This document shows, piece after piece, positions 30,780 through 42,200 of a stretch of DNA of 64,000 nucleotides. The stretch spans positions 48,567 to 112,566 of the forward strand of contig CABYDZ010000001.1 of NCBI GenBank assembly GCA_902517885.1, in the 5' to 3' direction. A program made the position numbers and the translations under genes. The notes under the pieces were generated by a model. That model was not told the DNA's origin, did no database searches, and saw only the letters and a list, made by a program, of their open reading frames with translations. This stretch comes from an uncultured Pelagibacteraceae bacterium. Its GTDB lineage: Bacteria; Pseudomonadota; Alphaproteobacteria; Pelagibacterales; AG-422-B15. Numbering within the stretch: the stretch's first letter is position 1; each line of letters opens with the position of its first letter.

Positions 30780-32099
30780 TTAGCAATCAATAATATTTTT
30801 TCTTTCCCAATTTTTTTTATTTTCATCGCTAACTTTATTGTGTTCTGCAATTTCTCTTTTTTTAAGTTTTATGTATTGAGAGACAACTTTTGAGCCTATA
30901 GATTTTTTTACAACTTCACTGGCTTTAAATTTATTAAGTGAGTCTATAAGAGAGTGAGGTAACTTTTTAATTCTCTTTAACTTATTTCCTTGTGAATACA
31001 TATTCACATCTATCCTTTTGCCAGGATTTCTTTTATTTTTTATTCCATCCAATCCCATAGCAATCAGCCCAGCTTGCAAGAGATAGGGATTAACTGCACC
31101 ATCAGCGGGCCTGAATTCTATCCTTCCTGCATCCGGTATTCTGATCATATGAGTCCGGTTATTTCCTGAATAGGTTACAGCAGTAGGTGAATACGTTGAT
31201 CCTGAATTGGTTGTTCTCGCATTCAAACGATCATAACTATTTAATGATGGATTGAACCAAGCAGAAAATGAAACAACAGATTTCATTATCCCACCAATAA
31301 AGTGGTAGCCCATTTTGGATAAGCCAAGCTCATTATCCTGATCAAGAAAATGATTTTGCTTCTTTTTTAAATCCCATAAAGATGCGTGTGCATGACAACC
31401 ATTTCCAGTTAATTCATCAAATGGCTTGGGCATAAACGTTGCTCTTAATCCGTGTTTTTCAGCAATAGATTTTACCATAAATTTAAAAAAAACATGTCGA
31501 TCTGCAGTTGTGAGAGAATCAGTATAATCCCAATTCATTTCATATTGCCCATTTGCATCTTCATGATCATTTTGATAGGGCTTCCACCCAAGCTTGATCA
31601 TGGAGTCACAAATTTCCTTTAAAATATCATAGCGCCTCATCAATGCTGCCACATCATAACAAGGTTTTTGAGCATCATCCCTTGAATCAGCAACTTCAGT
31701 TCCAGCTTCATTAAGTATAAAAAATTCACACTCTACACCCGTCATCATTTTAAAATTGAGATCTGTCATTTGGCTAATTTGTTTTTTGAGAATGACACGT
31801 GGGCATTGATCCATGGGCGCATTGTTAATAACCAGATCACTGGCCAACCAAGCAACATCTGGTTGCCATGGTAGTTGTATGAGACTTTCAGGGTCTGGAA
31901 CGGCAAACATGTCAGGAGATGCAAAATCAAGGTCTAGGTATGTTGCAAAACCACCAAATCCAGCACCGGTTTTTTGCATATCAGAAATAGCGCGAGCAGG
32001 AACCAATTTTGCACGTTGGATCCCAAACAAATCAACAAAACTTATTAAGAAGTATTTGATTTTCTTTTGCTGAGCGATCTTAGCTAAATTACTTTTCAT
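30780..32099 (-). CDS. glnT: Type III glutamine synthetase GlnT / gamma-glutamylmethylamide synthetase (GmaS-like)
   Basis: KYFLISFVDLFGIQRAKLVPA, GVECEF, YQNDHEDANGQYEMN, TFMPKPF..LTGNGCH, GNNRTHMIRIP; start could be 32105 or 32135. Confidence 0.85.
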   Translation of the reverse strand: MKSNLAKIAQQKKIKYFLISFVDLFGIQRAKLVPARAISDMQKTGAGFGGFATYLDLDFASPDMFAVPDPESLIQLPWQPDVAWLASDLVINNAPMDQCPRVILKKQISQMTDLNFKMMTGVECEFFILNEAGTEVADSRDDAQKPCYDVAALMRRYDILKEICDSMIKLGWKPYQNDHEDANGQYEMNWDYTDSLTTADRHVFFKFMVKSIAEKHGLRATFMPKPFDELTGNGCHAHASLWDLKKKQNHFLDQDNELGLSKMGYHFIGGIMKSVVSFSAWFNPSLNSYDRLNARTTNSGSTYSPTAVTYSGNNRTHMIRIPDAGRIEFRPADGAVNPYLLQAGLIAMGLDGIKNKRNPGKRIDVNMYSQGNKLKRIKKLPHSLIDSLNKFKASEVVKKSIGSKVVSQYIKLKKREIAEHNKVSDENKKNWERKNIIDC

Positions 32100-32168
32100 A
32101 ATCATAATTATGACTTCCAATTTTTTTAAATTCAATAAGGATTATAGGCTATATTTATGTTAACCAAG

Positions 32169-32181
32169 ACCCATTTTGGGT
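32169..32181. promoter_or_regulatory. Palindromic putative operator ACCCA-TTT-TGGGT
   Basis: Perfect 5-bp inverted repeat 13 bp before the tandem-HTH start; near-identical copy at 36106-36118. Confidence 0.55.
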
Positions 32182-32194
32182 ATACCATCAAACT

Positions 32195-33259
32195 ATGGAT
32201 TCAAACTTAGAAGCAAAAAAAGAAAAAGTTATTGATCTCATTAATAAACTAGACGATGGCAGCTTTTCACTGATGTTGTTAATTCATATCTCTCGGTATC
32301 AAAATTTATTTTTACATACGGATTCTGATTGGGAAAACAGCCCAACCAATTGGTTAACGAAAGATAAACGACTACAAGATGAGTCTATTGGCGTTCTTTC
32401 GTTTATCATCCTTTATTCTCTTACCAATGCACATGTGAATGCAGACCTTTTTCCTGAACATAGAAAGCAAATTAAGGCAATGCGTCTTGAAGACTTCTTG
32501 GATAATAATTTTTTTGTAGGTCCATATAAAAAGTTTATTGGAAAAAAAATATCTCTTAAAGTTCTCGAGGCATTTTTTTCTATACCCCGTGAAAATATAA
32601 GACGATACATAAATTCATTGATAGAGGCTGGGCTTGTAAATAAAGATAAAAAGTATGGTTACCTTTTAAACATGGAGGCGTATGTTCAATATATATTTAC
32701 AGATTCTCTTAGTAAAATTATGAAGTCACTCATGAGAACATTCGATGATATTATCGTAAATCTTGAAGATAAGTATAAACTAAAATTAAATTTAAAATCT
32801 ATTGGGACCATAAATCTAAAAAAAGTAAAGCCAGAAATCTGGAATCGGATAAGGTTACCCATGTATCACTTTTGGGTAAGAGTTTTAACACTGGAAGGCA
32901 ATGATTTAAGCTTAACTCCTAATGATCGCGTTGTCTTGTCTGCATCAATCTATTTTAGGAAACGTACTGGAATATTAAATTTTAAAACTATTTCTGATTT
33001 ATACGAAAATGATTATCTTTTACCGACTAATATATCATCAATTTCTGAGGCATCTAGAATGCCGAGAGAAACTGTGAGGAGGTGCAGTAATAAGTTAATA
33101 AAGATTGGACATTTAGAAAAAAAAAGACGTCAATTGTTTAGAATTAATTACGCACATAAAGATGGAGAAGTAGCAACATTTATCAAGAATAAGGCAATTA
33201 CGACGCGTGATATGATGAATTTTTACTTTAGTATTTACAATGATCTATCTCAGTCTTAA
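32195..33259 (+). CDS. Putative transcriptional regulator with two tandem winged-helix domains
   Basis: Internal duplication SIPRENIRRYINSLIEAGLV and RMPRETVRRCSNKLIKIGHL. Confidence 0.65.
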   Translation: MDSNLEAKKEKVIDLINKLDDGSFSLMLLIHISRYQNLFLHTDSDWENSPTNWLTKDKRLQDESIGVLSFIILYSLTNAHVNADLFPEHRKQIKAMRLEDFLDNNFFVGPYKKFIGKKISLKVLEAFFSIPRENIRRYINSLIEAGLVNKDKKYGYLLNMEAYVQYIFTDSLSKIMKSLMRTFDDIIVNLEDKYKLKLNLKSIGTINLKKVKPEIWNRIRLPMYHFWVRVLTLEGNDLSLTPNDRVVLSASIYFRKRTGILNFKTISDLYENDYLLPTNISSISEASRMPRETVRRCSNKLIKIGHLEKKRRQLFRINYAHKDGEVATFIKNKAITTRDMMNFYFSIYNDLSQS

Positions 33260-36030
33260 ATTGAGCACATTAAAATAATTTCTTCATTGCACACTAGTTC
33301 AGCTTCAATAATGGAGCTATTTTGGGAACTTAATTGTGTATCGAGCACTTCCAGCATAGACTTTGCTTCACTCATTGGAACTGGACCTACAATGACGGAG
33401 TAGTCGTTTTTATCAAATTTATCGACATTGATATCATATTTTAGGAATCTGCTGTCAAATCCCATTACATCATAAATATAGTTCATAAAACTGAATGCAG
33501 AATTACCACGCGTATAAGATCCAATTTTTATATAAACAAATTCAGCATCGCTGGTATCAATTGTTAATTCAGTCTCTTCAATATCACTTGCTTGGGCACT
33601 AAATGCATTCGATACAACTTCTGTAGGTTCTTCGATGAGTTGAGTTAGGTCTTCTAATGCTTGGGTTGCTTCTTCAGCCAATTTATTTTCTAATTCAGCA
33701 GTATTGTTCAGTTCTGTAAGTAACTCTCTTGCAGTATTGGCTTCTTCTACAAGACTGTTCTCATCAACAGTATTAATGATTTTCTTTTTTGGTAAAACGT
33801 TAATCAAGTCTAATGTTTCTTCAGTATTATTAATTGTTGTTTCATCATTCGGTATGAGAGATGTATCTGCCTGGTTCTCAATTGTATCCATCTCTGTAAT
33901 CGCTTCTTCTTCACTATCAATTGCAGATTCGTCGAGTATATTTTGAGCTTTTTTAAGTGTGTTATCTACTGAGTCTAATAAATCATTGAGACTATCGGCG
34001 TCATTAATCACCATTTCATTCGAAACTGCATACTCATCTAAATCAATTTTTGGCTCTTCAATAATTTCTGCAATCTCAGGAATTTCATCATTTGATTCTG
34101 AGACTTCTTCATTAGTTTCAATGTCTTTTTCAATTGTGAGGTTGTTTGCTTCTTTTTTATCCAAACCTAACTGGATAAGTTTTTGCCTTGCACCTTCACC
34201 TTCTTGGGCAAGAAATTCACCCTCATCCATAAATTGAAGCGTGAAGCTATCCTCAACAGATACAAGCGCATTTGCAACTGAAACTTTTAATTTTATGCCA
34301 GATACGTCACTAGGAGGATTGCCCACAAATGATAAATCAGAAGTTAAAAAAGCGAGCCATCTTGGTAAAGCGGTGCCATCTTCTTGTACAGCTTCATAAC
34401 GCAATTTACCAGGCCCACTTATATTGAAAGTATTATCAGAAATTTGGAATTTATTACTGCTTTGCTGAGTGTTAATCGGATCATTGATTATTAAAAGCAT
34501 CGGATCTTGTTCATTGATGGGAATTTCTACAGTCGCTTGATAATTCATACCCCATTCAGCTAAATTCTTTTGAATATCATTACTTAGTTCTTCAATTGAC
34601 ATATTTTGATGATTTTCAGGCAAGATGTCCTTGCCAATTGAAGCATAAATCTGACCGATACTGTGCTGCATCTCTGAAAAAGCTAAATCTTTTCTTAACT
34701 CGGCAACTAAAAGACTCGCTTCTTCTCTGATAACTTCAAGTTCACCAAACCGTGATACTTTTTGAGCATTTTGGACCTGTTTGCTTATTCTTTTGGCGAC
34801 ATCTAAATATCTTTGAGCTGTATCATATTCCTCAATCGCGAGGTCGTAGTTGATATTGGATAAATGAACCTGAGACAGTACTGTCATTGCAATTGCTAAA
34901 TGTCTTTCAGCGATCAGTTCTTGGTTAGCTTTAGAGGCCTTTCTTGTCGCTCCGACAGAGAAAATATCAAATAAATTACCTCCAATTGATGCTCCATATT
35001 CATAGGTGTCTTGGTTAAACAAGTAATTATTATTTGTATATCCGTAGGCAGCATTAAATTTTAAACTTGGAATAAGGGCTAACATTGCAGCTCGAGTATC
35101 TTTACTAGAGATCCTTTTTTGATAACGACTTTCCATCAGCTCTGGCCTTGAAAGGAGAGCGACCTCTTCCATTGTTTGAATATCCATCTTAAGGTTTGTC
35201 AGGTAAGTGTCATTATCAGCAAGTGTAAATTTTTGATTAGGAAGCAGCCCCATCAGTGTCGCAAGCTCATTTTTCGAGTTTATAAGAGCGCGTTGCTGTG
35301 TTTGAAGAGTTCTCTGAACATCAAGTAGCTCTTTTTGATAAAGCAAAGAATCCATAGGAGCTGAAATTAAAAGCTCTTCAATATACTGAGAGTCAGCAAG
35401 GGCATCTTCTACTCTTTTTAGAAGTGGATTGAGTTTTTTTAGGAGATTTTCAGATGCTTGGGCTTTCCAATAAGACCTTATAATATCTCGAGTAATGTTT
35501 TGAATAGCTTTTCTCTCAAGTTCCTTTGCAATTAAATATCTGTCAGCTTGCTGTCCTGCTCTGATGTATGAAAGACCAAAATCCAATGCATTCCAGGTAA
35601 ATTCAATGCCTCTTGTTTCCTGACTTTTATCTCTTGAGATTGTATAACTCTCTGTCCCATCGAGTGAGGGAGCAGTACCACCATCAGTCGTAACAGTTTT
35701 ACTTAAAGAGGGCTGCAGCTTTGTGAATTCGGAATAACCTGCACTTAAGGCAATGTCAGGAAGCATGTCAAATTTTTGAAGATCTCTTTGTCTGTTTGCT
35801 AAAGCAGACTCCATTACACTTATTCTAAGATCACGATTATTTCTAATCGCTATTGCAATTGCGGTATGCAAGTCAATATTTTGCAATGATGTATCAACGG
35901 TTAGTTCAGTAATATCTTCAGCAATTGAAAAACTTAAAGTTTCTGCATCAATATTTTTTGGAGAGCGCGCACAGGCAGCGAGTGCGATAAATAGGCAAAA
36001 TATAATTATTTTTGTACCAATTCTTTTCAT
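33256..36030 (-). CDS. TolC-family outer-membrane lipoprotein fused to a cadherin/He_PIG-like Ig domain, an acidic linker and a SPOR-like C-terminus
   Basis: Lipobox LAAC; TolC-like WNALDFGLSY and ALLSRPEL; QEDGTALPRWLAF; C-terminal YIKIGSY...YSVIVGPV. Confidence 0.8.
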   Translation of the reverse strand: MKRIGTKIIIFCLFIALAACARSPKNIDAETLSFSIAEDITELTVDTSLQNIDLHTAIAIAIRNNRDLRISVMESALANRQRDLQKFDMLPDIALSAGYSEFTKLQPSLSKTVTTDGGTAPSLDGTESYTISRDKSQETRGIEFTWNALDFGLSYIRAGQQADRYLIAKELERKAIQNITRDIIRSYWKAQASENLLKKLNPLLKRVEDALADSQYIEELLISAPMDSLLYQKELLDVQRTLQTQQRALINSKNELATLMGLLPNQKFTLADNDTYLTNLKMDIQTMEEVALLSRPELMESRYQKRISSKDTRAAMLALIPSLKFNAAYGYTNNNYLFNQDTYEYGASIGGNLFDIFSVGATRKASKANQELIAERHLAIAMTVLSQVHLSNINYDLAIEEYDTAQRYLDVAKRISKQVQNAQKVSRFGELEVIREEASLLVAELRKDLAFSEMQHSIGQIYASIGKDILPENHQNMSIEELSNDIQKNLAEWGMNYQATVEIPINEQDPMLLIINDPINTQQSSNKFQISDNTFNISGPGKLRYEAVQEDGTALPRWLAFLTSDLSFVGNPPSDVSGIKLKVSVANALVSVEDSFTLQFMDEGEFLAQEGEGARQKLIQLGLDKKEANNLTIEKDIETNEEVSESNDEIPEIAEIIEEPKIDLDEYAVSNEMVINDADSLNDLLDSVDNTLKKAQNILDESAIDSEEEAITEMDTIENQADTSLIPNDETTINNTEETLDLINVLPKKKIINTVDENSLVEEANTARELLTELNNTAELENKLAEEATQALEDLTQLIEEPTEVVSNAFSAQASDIEETELTIDTSDAEFVYIKIGSYTRGNSAFSFMNYIYDVMGFDSRFLKYDINVDKFDKNDYSVIVGPVPMSEAKSMLEVLDTQLSSQNSSIIEAELVCNEEIILMCSI

Positions 36031-36105
36031 TTATTAAAGGTATCTTTTATCAACGGTTTAAAGAAGGGAATATAGACAAATGGCTAAAAACTCTAAAAAA
36101 ATTTT

Positions 36106-36118
36106 GCCCAAAATGGGT
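36106..36118. promoter_or_regulatory. Putative operator GCCCA-AAA-TGGGT in the divergent tolC/adhesin promoter
   Basis: Reverse complement matches 32169-32181 at 12 of 13 positions. Confidence 0.55.
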
Positions 36119-36215
36119 TATTTAAGCTTATGAGAGTACCTTTAGAATTTCAGTAATGTATAAAGAAAAGGCTAAATGCCAATAATCATACTAAAGCGAG
36201 AAATTACATATAAAA

Positions 36216-39200
36216 ATGAGCAATAAACTTATTCAGGCTTTGGAACCCCGTCTTATGTTGGACGGTGCTGCAGTAGCAACTGCAATTGATGCGGTTGATG
36301 ATTTAGCTCAGTTTCAAAAATCCGAAAGCGATAAATCGTCTAAAGCAGATCACTTTAAAGTTGATAAAGATACTAAACTACCTTTTGTAAATGTAGACGC
36401 ATCAGCTCAAAGTGCAAAATCAAGACAGATTATATTTATCGATAGTACAGTTGAAGATATTGAAACTCTAATCAACAGTTTTGACAACAATACTGAAGTG
36501 CATGTCATACAAAGTGATCAAGATGGATTTGTTACCATGCAAAATATTTTATCATCGCAAGAAAATATTGATGCGGTTCACGTCATTGGTCACGGTAGTG
36601 TAGGACAGATTGCATTTGGTACAGCTGTATTGAACAGTAACACATTAAATGCTTATGAAAATATTCTCCAAGAGATTGGAACTAGTCTCTCAGAAAACGG
36701 AGACATTTTATTTTATGGATGTAACGTGGCAGCAGATCAAAGTGGTGAGATATTAATCAGACAAATTGCAGACATCACAGATGCTGATGTAGCGGCATCA
36801 GATGACATTACTGGTAAAGGCGGGGATTGGGACCTTGAAAAACACACAGGAATTATTGAAACTGAAAATGTTTCAGTTGTAGGTTATCAATATACCCTGA
36901 GTAACGGTGTAACGGCAACTCAAAATGCTGTTGAAATACATAATTCAAATATGAATTTCATGGCTGGCGGTGGATCCTATAATAATAACACTGGAGGTCA
37001 AACAGACTCTGGTGGAACCCGATACATCGTTACGCTTGAAAGAGGTAATGTGACAACTGGAAGTAATTTGGTTTTTGATTACGCTGTGGCTTCATCAAGT
37101 CACGATCCAGACAACGACGGCGCTGTTAACGTTTATATGGTTTACCTGAATGATTATGTAAATAGAAGATCCTTAAACGATAGAGGTATTATAACGTTTG
37201 ACAATGAAATTCTTGGTATCTTTACCACCCCTGAAAATACAATAGCAAAATCTGGTTATGATATGTCCACCGGTACTTATCCTCTAACAACCGGTTCTAA
37301 AAAAGTTCAAATGAGAGATTTGGAGTATCAAAATGATGGAGTACCTCCAGGTGTAATGGGATCAGGAGATGCTTTTACCGTAACAGGTTCAAACAAAATT
37401 TTAACTATGGCTACAGATAATGGACTAAAAGGAGACTTTATCAGGGTGGTTACCAGAGTTGCTTCTGATCCTGTAGTGGGTAATAACGACTCTGGCTATA
37501 TTAACGAAGACTTAACATTAGATGTCTCTAATGGTGCAAGTGCGAATGATAGCACTCCAGACACATCTGGAGAGCACACAGGGGATGTTTTGCTTAATGA
37601 TACTGGTGGTGATGGATCTGCTTTAAATGTGAGTGCAATAAATGGAGGGTCTCTTGGATCGCCAGTTGATGGAACTTATGGTCAATTAACACTCAATCCA
37701 AACGGTTCATATAGTTACGCAGCTAATAAAGATGCTGCTGATGACTTAGATCCTGGTGATATAGTAACTGATACCTTTACTTATACAGTTTCTGATGGAA
37801 GCGATACTGATACTGCAACAATTACAATTACAATTGCTGGTGTGAATGATGCGCCAGTTGGAGCAGCTGATACAGGAGCGGTCAACGAAGATAAACAGCT
37901 CGAAGTCAGCGCAGGAAGTGGTGTTTTAGCAAATGATACCGATGCGGACGACAATGCAAGCTTAGTAGTATCTGCTGTCCAAGGACAGTCTAGTAATATT
38001 GATTCAAATGTTACCGGTACGTATGGTACATTAAATTTGGACGCAGATGGTTCATATACCTATATTGCTGATCAAAGTGCTGCAGACGGACTTGCTGCAG
38101 CAGCAACTGCAACAGACACATTTGCTTACACTGTTAGTGATGGCACCGCAACGAGCACGGTAAATTTGGTCATCACAGTTACAGGGATAGGACCTGAAGG
38201 AGTTAATGATACAGCTTCTGTAAATGAAAATGCCTTGCTTGATGCTGACAACGCATCGTCTACTGGCGTTCTGGCTAATGATGATGACAATGCTGCTTAT
38301 GATAGCGAGAGTTTAGCTGTTACGAATATCAGTTCCGACTCCACAGGAAACAGTGGTAGCGCAACCCAAGGCGTGCTTGGTACCTATGGTACGCTTACTA
38401 TGGCAGCTGATGGTACTTATACATATACGCCAAACACAGCTGCTGCTGAAGCGTTAGATGCAAATGATCCTGCTACTGATGCCTTCACGTATACAGTAAA
38501 AGATGATGATGACAAGAATTCATCTACCGCAACACTTACCATTTCAATTACTGGTCAGGATGACAACCCCGTTGGTGTCAATGATACAGGTTACATCAAC
38601 GAAGATGGAACGTTGACTGTGTCAGACGGTGGCTCTGCTGTGACAGGAACAGACAGCAACAACAACAATGAAAGTGGTGATACTACAGGCGATGTTTTGC
38701 TGAATGACACTGATGCAGACGCAGGTGCAACTCTCGTTGTTTCTGCAATACAGGGTGGATCATTAGGATCAGGTGTGAATGGGACCTATGGTACGCTCAC
38801 TTTATACTCAACCGGAAGATATACATATGTTGCAGATCAAAGTGATGCGGACGGACTTGCAGCAGATGCAGTTCAAACTGATGTCTTTACATATACTGTA
38901 AGCGATGGAGCTGGCGATACAAGTAACGCTAGTCTGACAATTACAGTAAAAGGTATTGGCCCCCAAGGTGTGGCCGACACAGCGTCTGTGGCTGAAAATG
39001 CAACGGTAGACAACAATAATGCTGCCACAAATGGAGTGCTCGCAAATGATGATGATAATGCATCATTTGACCAAGAAAGTCTTGCAGTAACTGCAATAAC
39101 TGGCGCATCAGCAGGAACAGTTGGCGGTGACACAACAGGAACTCACGGAACACTCTCAATCAATGAAGATGGTACTTATTCTTATGCAGCGACTAATGAC

Positions 39201-42200
39201 GCTCTTGATCCTAATGAGCAAGTTACAGATGTATTTACTTACACTGTAAAAGACGATGCGAATAAAAATGCAAGTACCGCAACGTTAACCATTACTGTAA
39301 CTGGAGCAAATGATCCTATAACAGCTGTCGATGATACAGATGCAGTATTTGCGGGATCTACAATTGATCGAAGTGAAACTGATACAGAAGAACTTGATCA
39401 TGACGATACTGACCCTGATGGTGACGATGTTTCAGGCAATTTTACTATTACCGCTATTAGTCATGGTGGAGTTGCAAAGATAGTCGGCACAGAATTTGAG
39501 ACAAGTAAAGGTACCATGACTATTTTTTCAAATGGTAGGTACACGTACTCTGCAAATAAAGCAGGATCCACTGACCTTGCAAATAACGCTATAACCACAG
39601 ATACTTTTACTTACACTGTTCAGGATCACAGTGGTGGAGATACCGATACTGCTGATCTGGTTATTACAATAACAGGAACGAACAATACAGCACCAGTTGC
39701 TAATACCGACGCAGGTTATATTTTGGAGGATGGTCGTCTTGAAGTAACAGATGGTGCGACGGCAAATGATGCTACTCCGGATGCAACAGGAGAACATACA
39801 GGGGATGTCTTATTAGATGATACTGATGCGGACGGTGACACACTTACCGTTTCTGATATTTCAGGAGGGTCGGTGACCAATAATGCAAATGGGACTTACG
39901 GAACATTAGTAATTCAAAGTAATGGTAGTTATGTCTATACAGCGGATAAGGCTGCAGCAGATGCATTGGATGCTGATGATGTGGTTACTGATCAATTTAC
40001 CTATACAATTAGTGATGGCAATGGAGGAACTGCGACCTCGACACTTACCTTCACCGTAAAAGGAATTGATGATGATCCTGTTGGTGTAGCCGACACAGGA
40101 GCAGTTGATGAAGACGCTCAACTTCAAGTAAATGCTGAAAGTGGAGTATTATCAAATGATACTGATGCTGATGCGAGTTCAAGTCTGTCCGTGACCACAG
40201 TTAGTTCCAATAACACAAGTCAAAGTGGAAGTGCTGGCTCAGAAATTACAGGCGAATTCGGGTCCCTCACACTAGATTCAGATGGAAAATATACATACAC
40301 GGCCAATACGGCAGCTGCTGATAATTTAGCCCACAATGCAACGGCCACTGACGTGTTTACCTATACCGTCAGCGATGGTGCTGGAACAACCAGCAACACT
40401 ACTCTAACAATTGCAGTGACAGGAAAGGGTCCTGTTGGCTCTGCTGATACTGCTGCAGTAAATGAAAACGTGTTACTCAGCAAGGATGCAGCAAGTGGTG
40501 TTCTAACAAATGATACTGGCGGAGATCAGGAAAGTCTTGCAGTTACTAATATTTCCTCAAATGATACCAGCGCAACAGGTACTGCTGGTCAGGGAGTGTT
40601 AGGAACATACGGTACTTTAACTATGGCTGCAGATGGAAGTTATACATATACACCTAATACAGCCGCCGCAGAGGCTCTAGATGGTGGTGATACGGTTTCA
40701 GAAAAGTTTACCTATACTGTAAAAGATGATGAGGATAAAAATTCTTCAACCGCTGAGCTTACAATTAATATTACGGGTGTTAATGATGCCATCGTTGCAG
40801 TTGACGATACGGATGCTGTTGATGAGGACGGCAGAGTTGATAGGTTAATTAGTGATGACCAAGAACTTGATCATGATGATACTGATGTTGATACAGATGA
40901 TGTGAGTGGAAGTCTCACAATTACTGATATAAGAACAGGTCCTAAAGATGGAACCGGAAATGATGGCGCGGTAGGTGTGGCGCTAACAGGAGAATATGGA
41001 ACACTGACAGTGAATGATAATGGATCATACACTTATATCGCTGATCAAGATAAATCAGATCAACTTCCCACAGGTCAAACAGGAACAGATACATTTACCT
41101 ACACTGTGAGTGATGGTACTGAAACTTCGACTGCTCAACTGACTTTCACAGTCACCGGTATCAATGATAACGATCCAGTTTCTGTAGACGACACCGATAC
41201 TGTAAACAGAGACGCAACGATAGATAGAACAGATGGATCTACATTTGATCTAGCTATTGATGATACTGATGCAGACTCGGACACATTAACCATTACTGAA
41301 ATAAGAAAAGGCAATACCAAAGGTGGGGGGGATGCTGGGACCATAGGACAACCGTTGGTCGGTGAATATGGAACATTAACGCTACAGGCAGATGGCAGTT
41401 ATAAATATGCTGCTGACCAAGACTCAATTAACGACCTAGGTCGTGGACAAAGTGTAATTGAGCATTTTAATTATACCGTATCTGATGGCTCAAGAACTAC
41501 AACAGGACTACTTTCAATAACTGTAAATGGTATTAGTGATCCGCCTATTCCAACTGATGATGTTTTGGAGGCAGATGCCGGTGCACAATCAATTACAGAA
41601 GCAACTTCAGGGGTTTTGATAAATGATATAGATCCCGATGGCGACAGTATTTCAGTAGATACTATTAGAACAGGAGAAGAAACTGGAACAGGAACCTCAG
41701 GAACAATTGGAACAGCATTAACTGGAACATATGGTGATTTAACAATGAATTCTGACGGAAGTTACACCTATCAAGCGAATAATGCAAAGGCACTAAATCC
41801 TGGTGAAACTGCAACAGAATACTTTACTTATACTGCAACCGACGGCGAGTCTTCTGTTGAGGCACAAATAGCTATTACCGTGACAGGTAAAAATGATCCA
41901 CCTGAAGTTTTATACCCTGTTCGAGATCCAAACGTAGTTACAGGTGAAAAATTTATTATCAGGCACAAACAAATTTTTGATGATCCAGATAGAGGTATTT
42001 ATGACATCGCGGAATACAAAATTATTGATCCTGAAGATGGTACAGAAGTAAGTCTTCCTGATGGACTAAGACTAAAACAAAATAAACTTCATGGATCCAT
42101 TAATACGCCTGGGACATACAGTATTACAATTAGAGCAATTGATGGAGCAGGCCTCTATGCTGATCATACTTTTACAATCACAGTTAGGCCTGCATCAGGT

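Noticed and set aside
37470-41897. CRISPR array or DGR-like repeats
   Set aside because: The repeats are diverged, in-frame protein domains; there is no repeat-spacer pattern, cas gene or reverse transcriptase.
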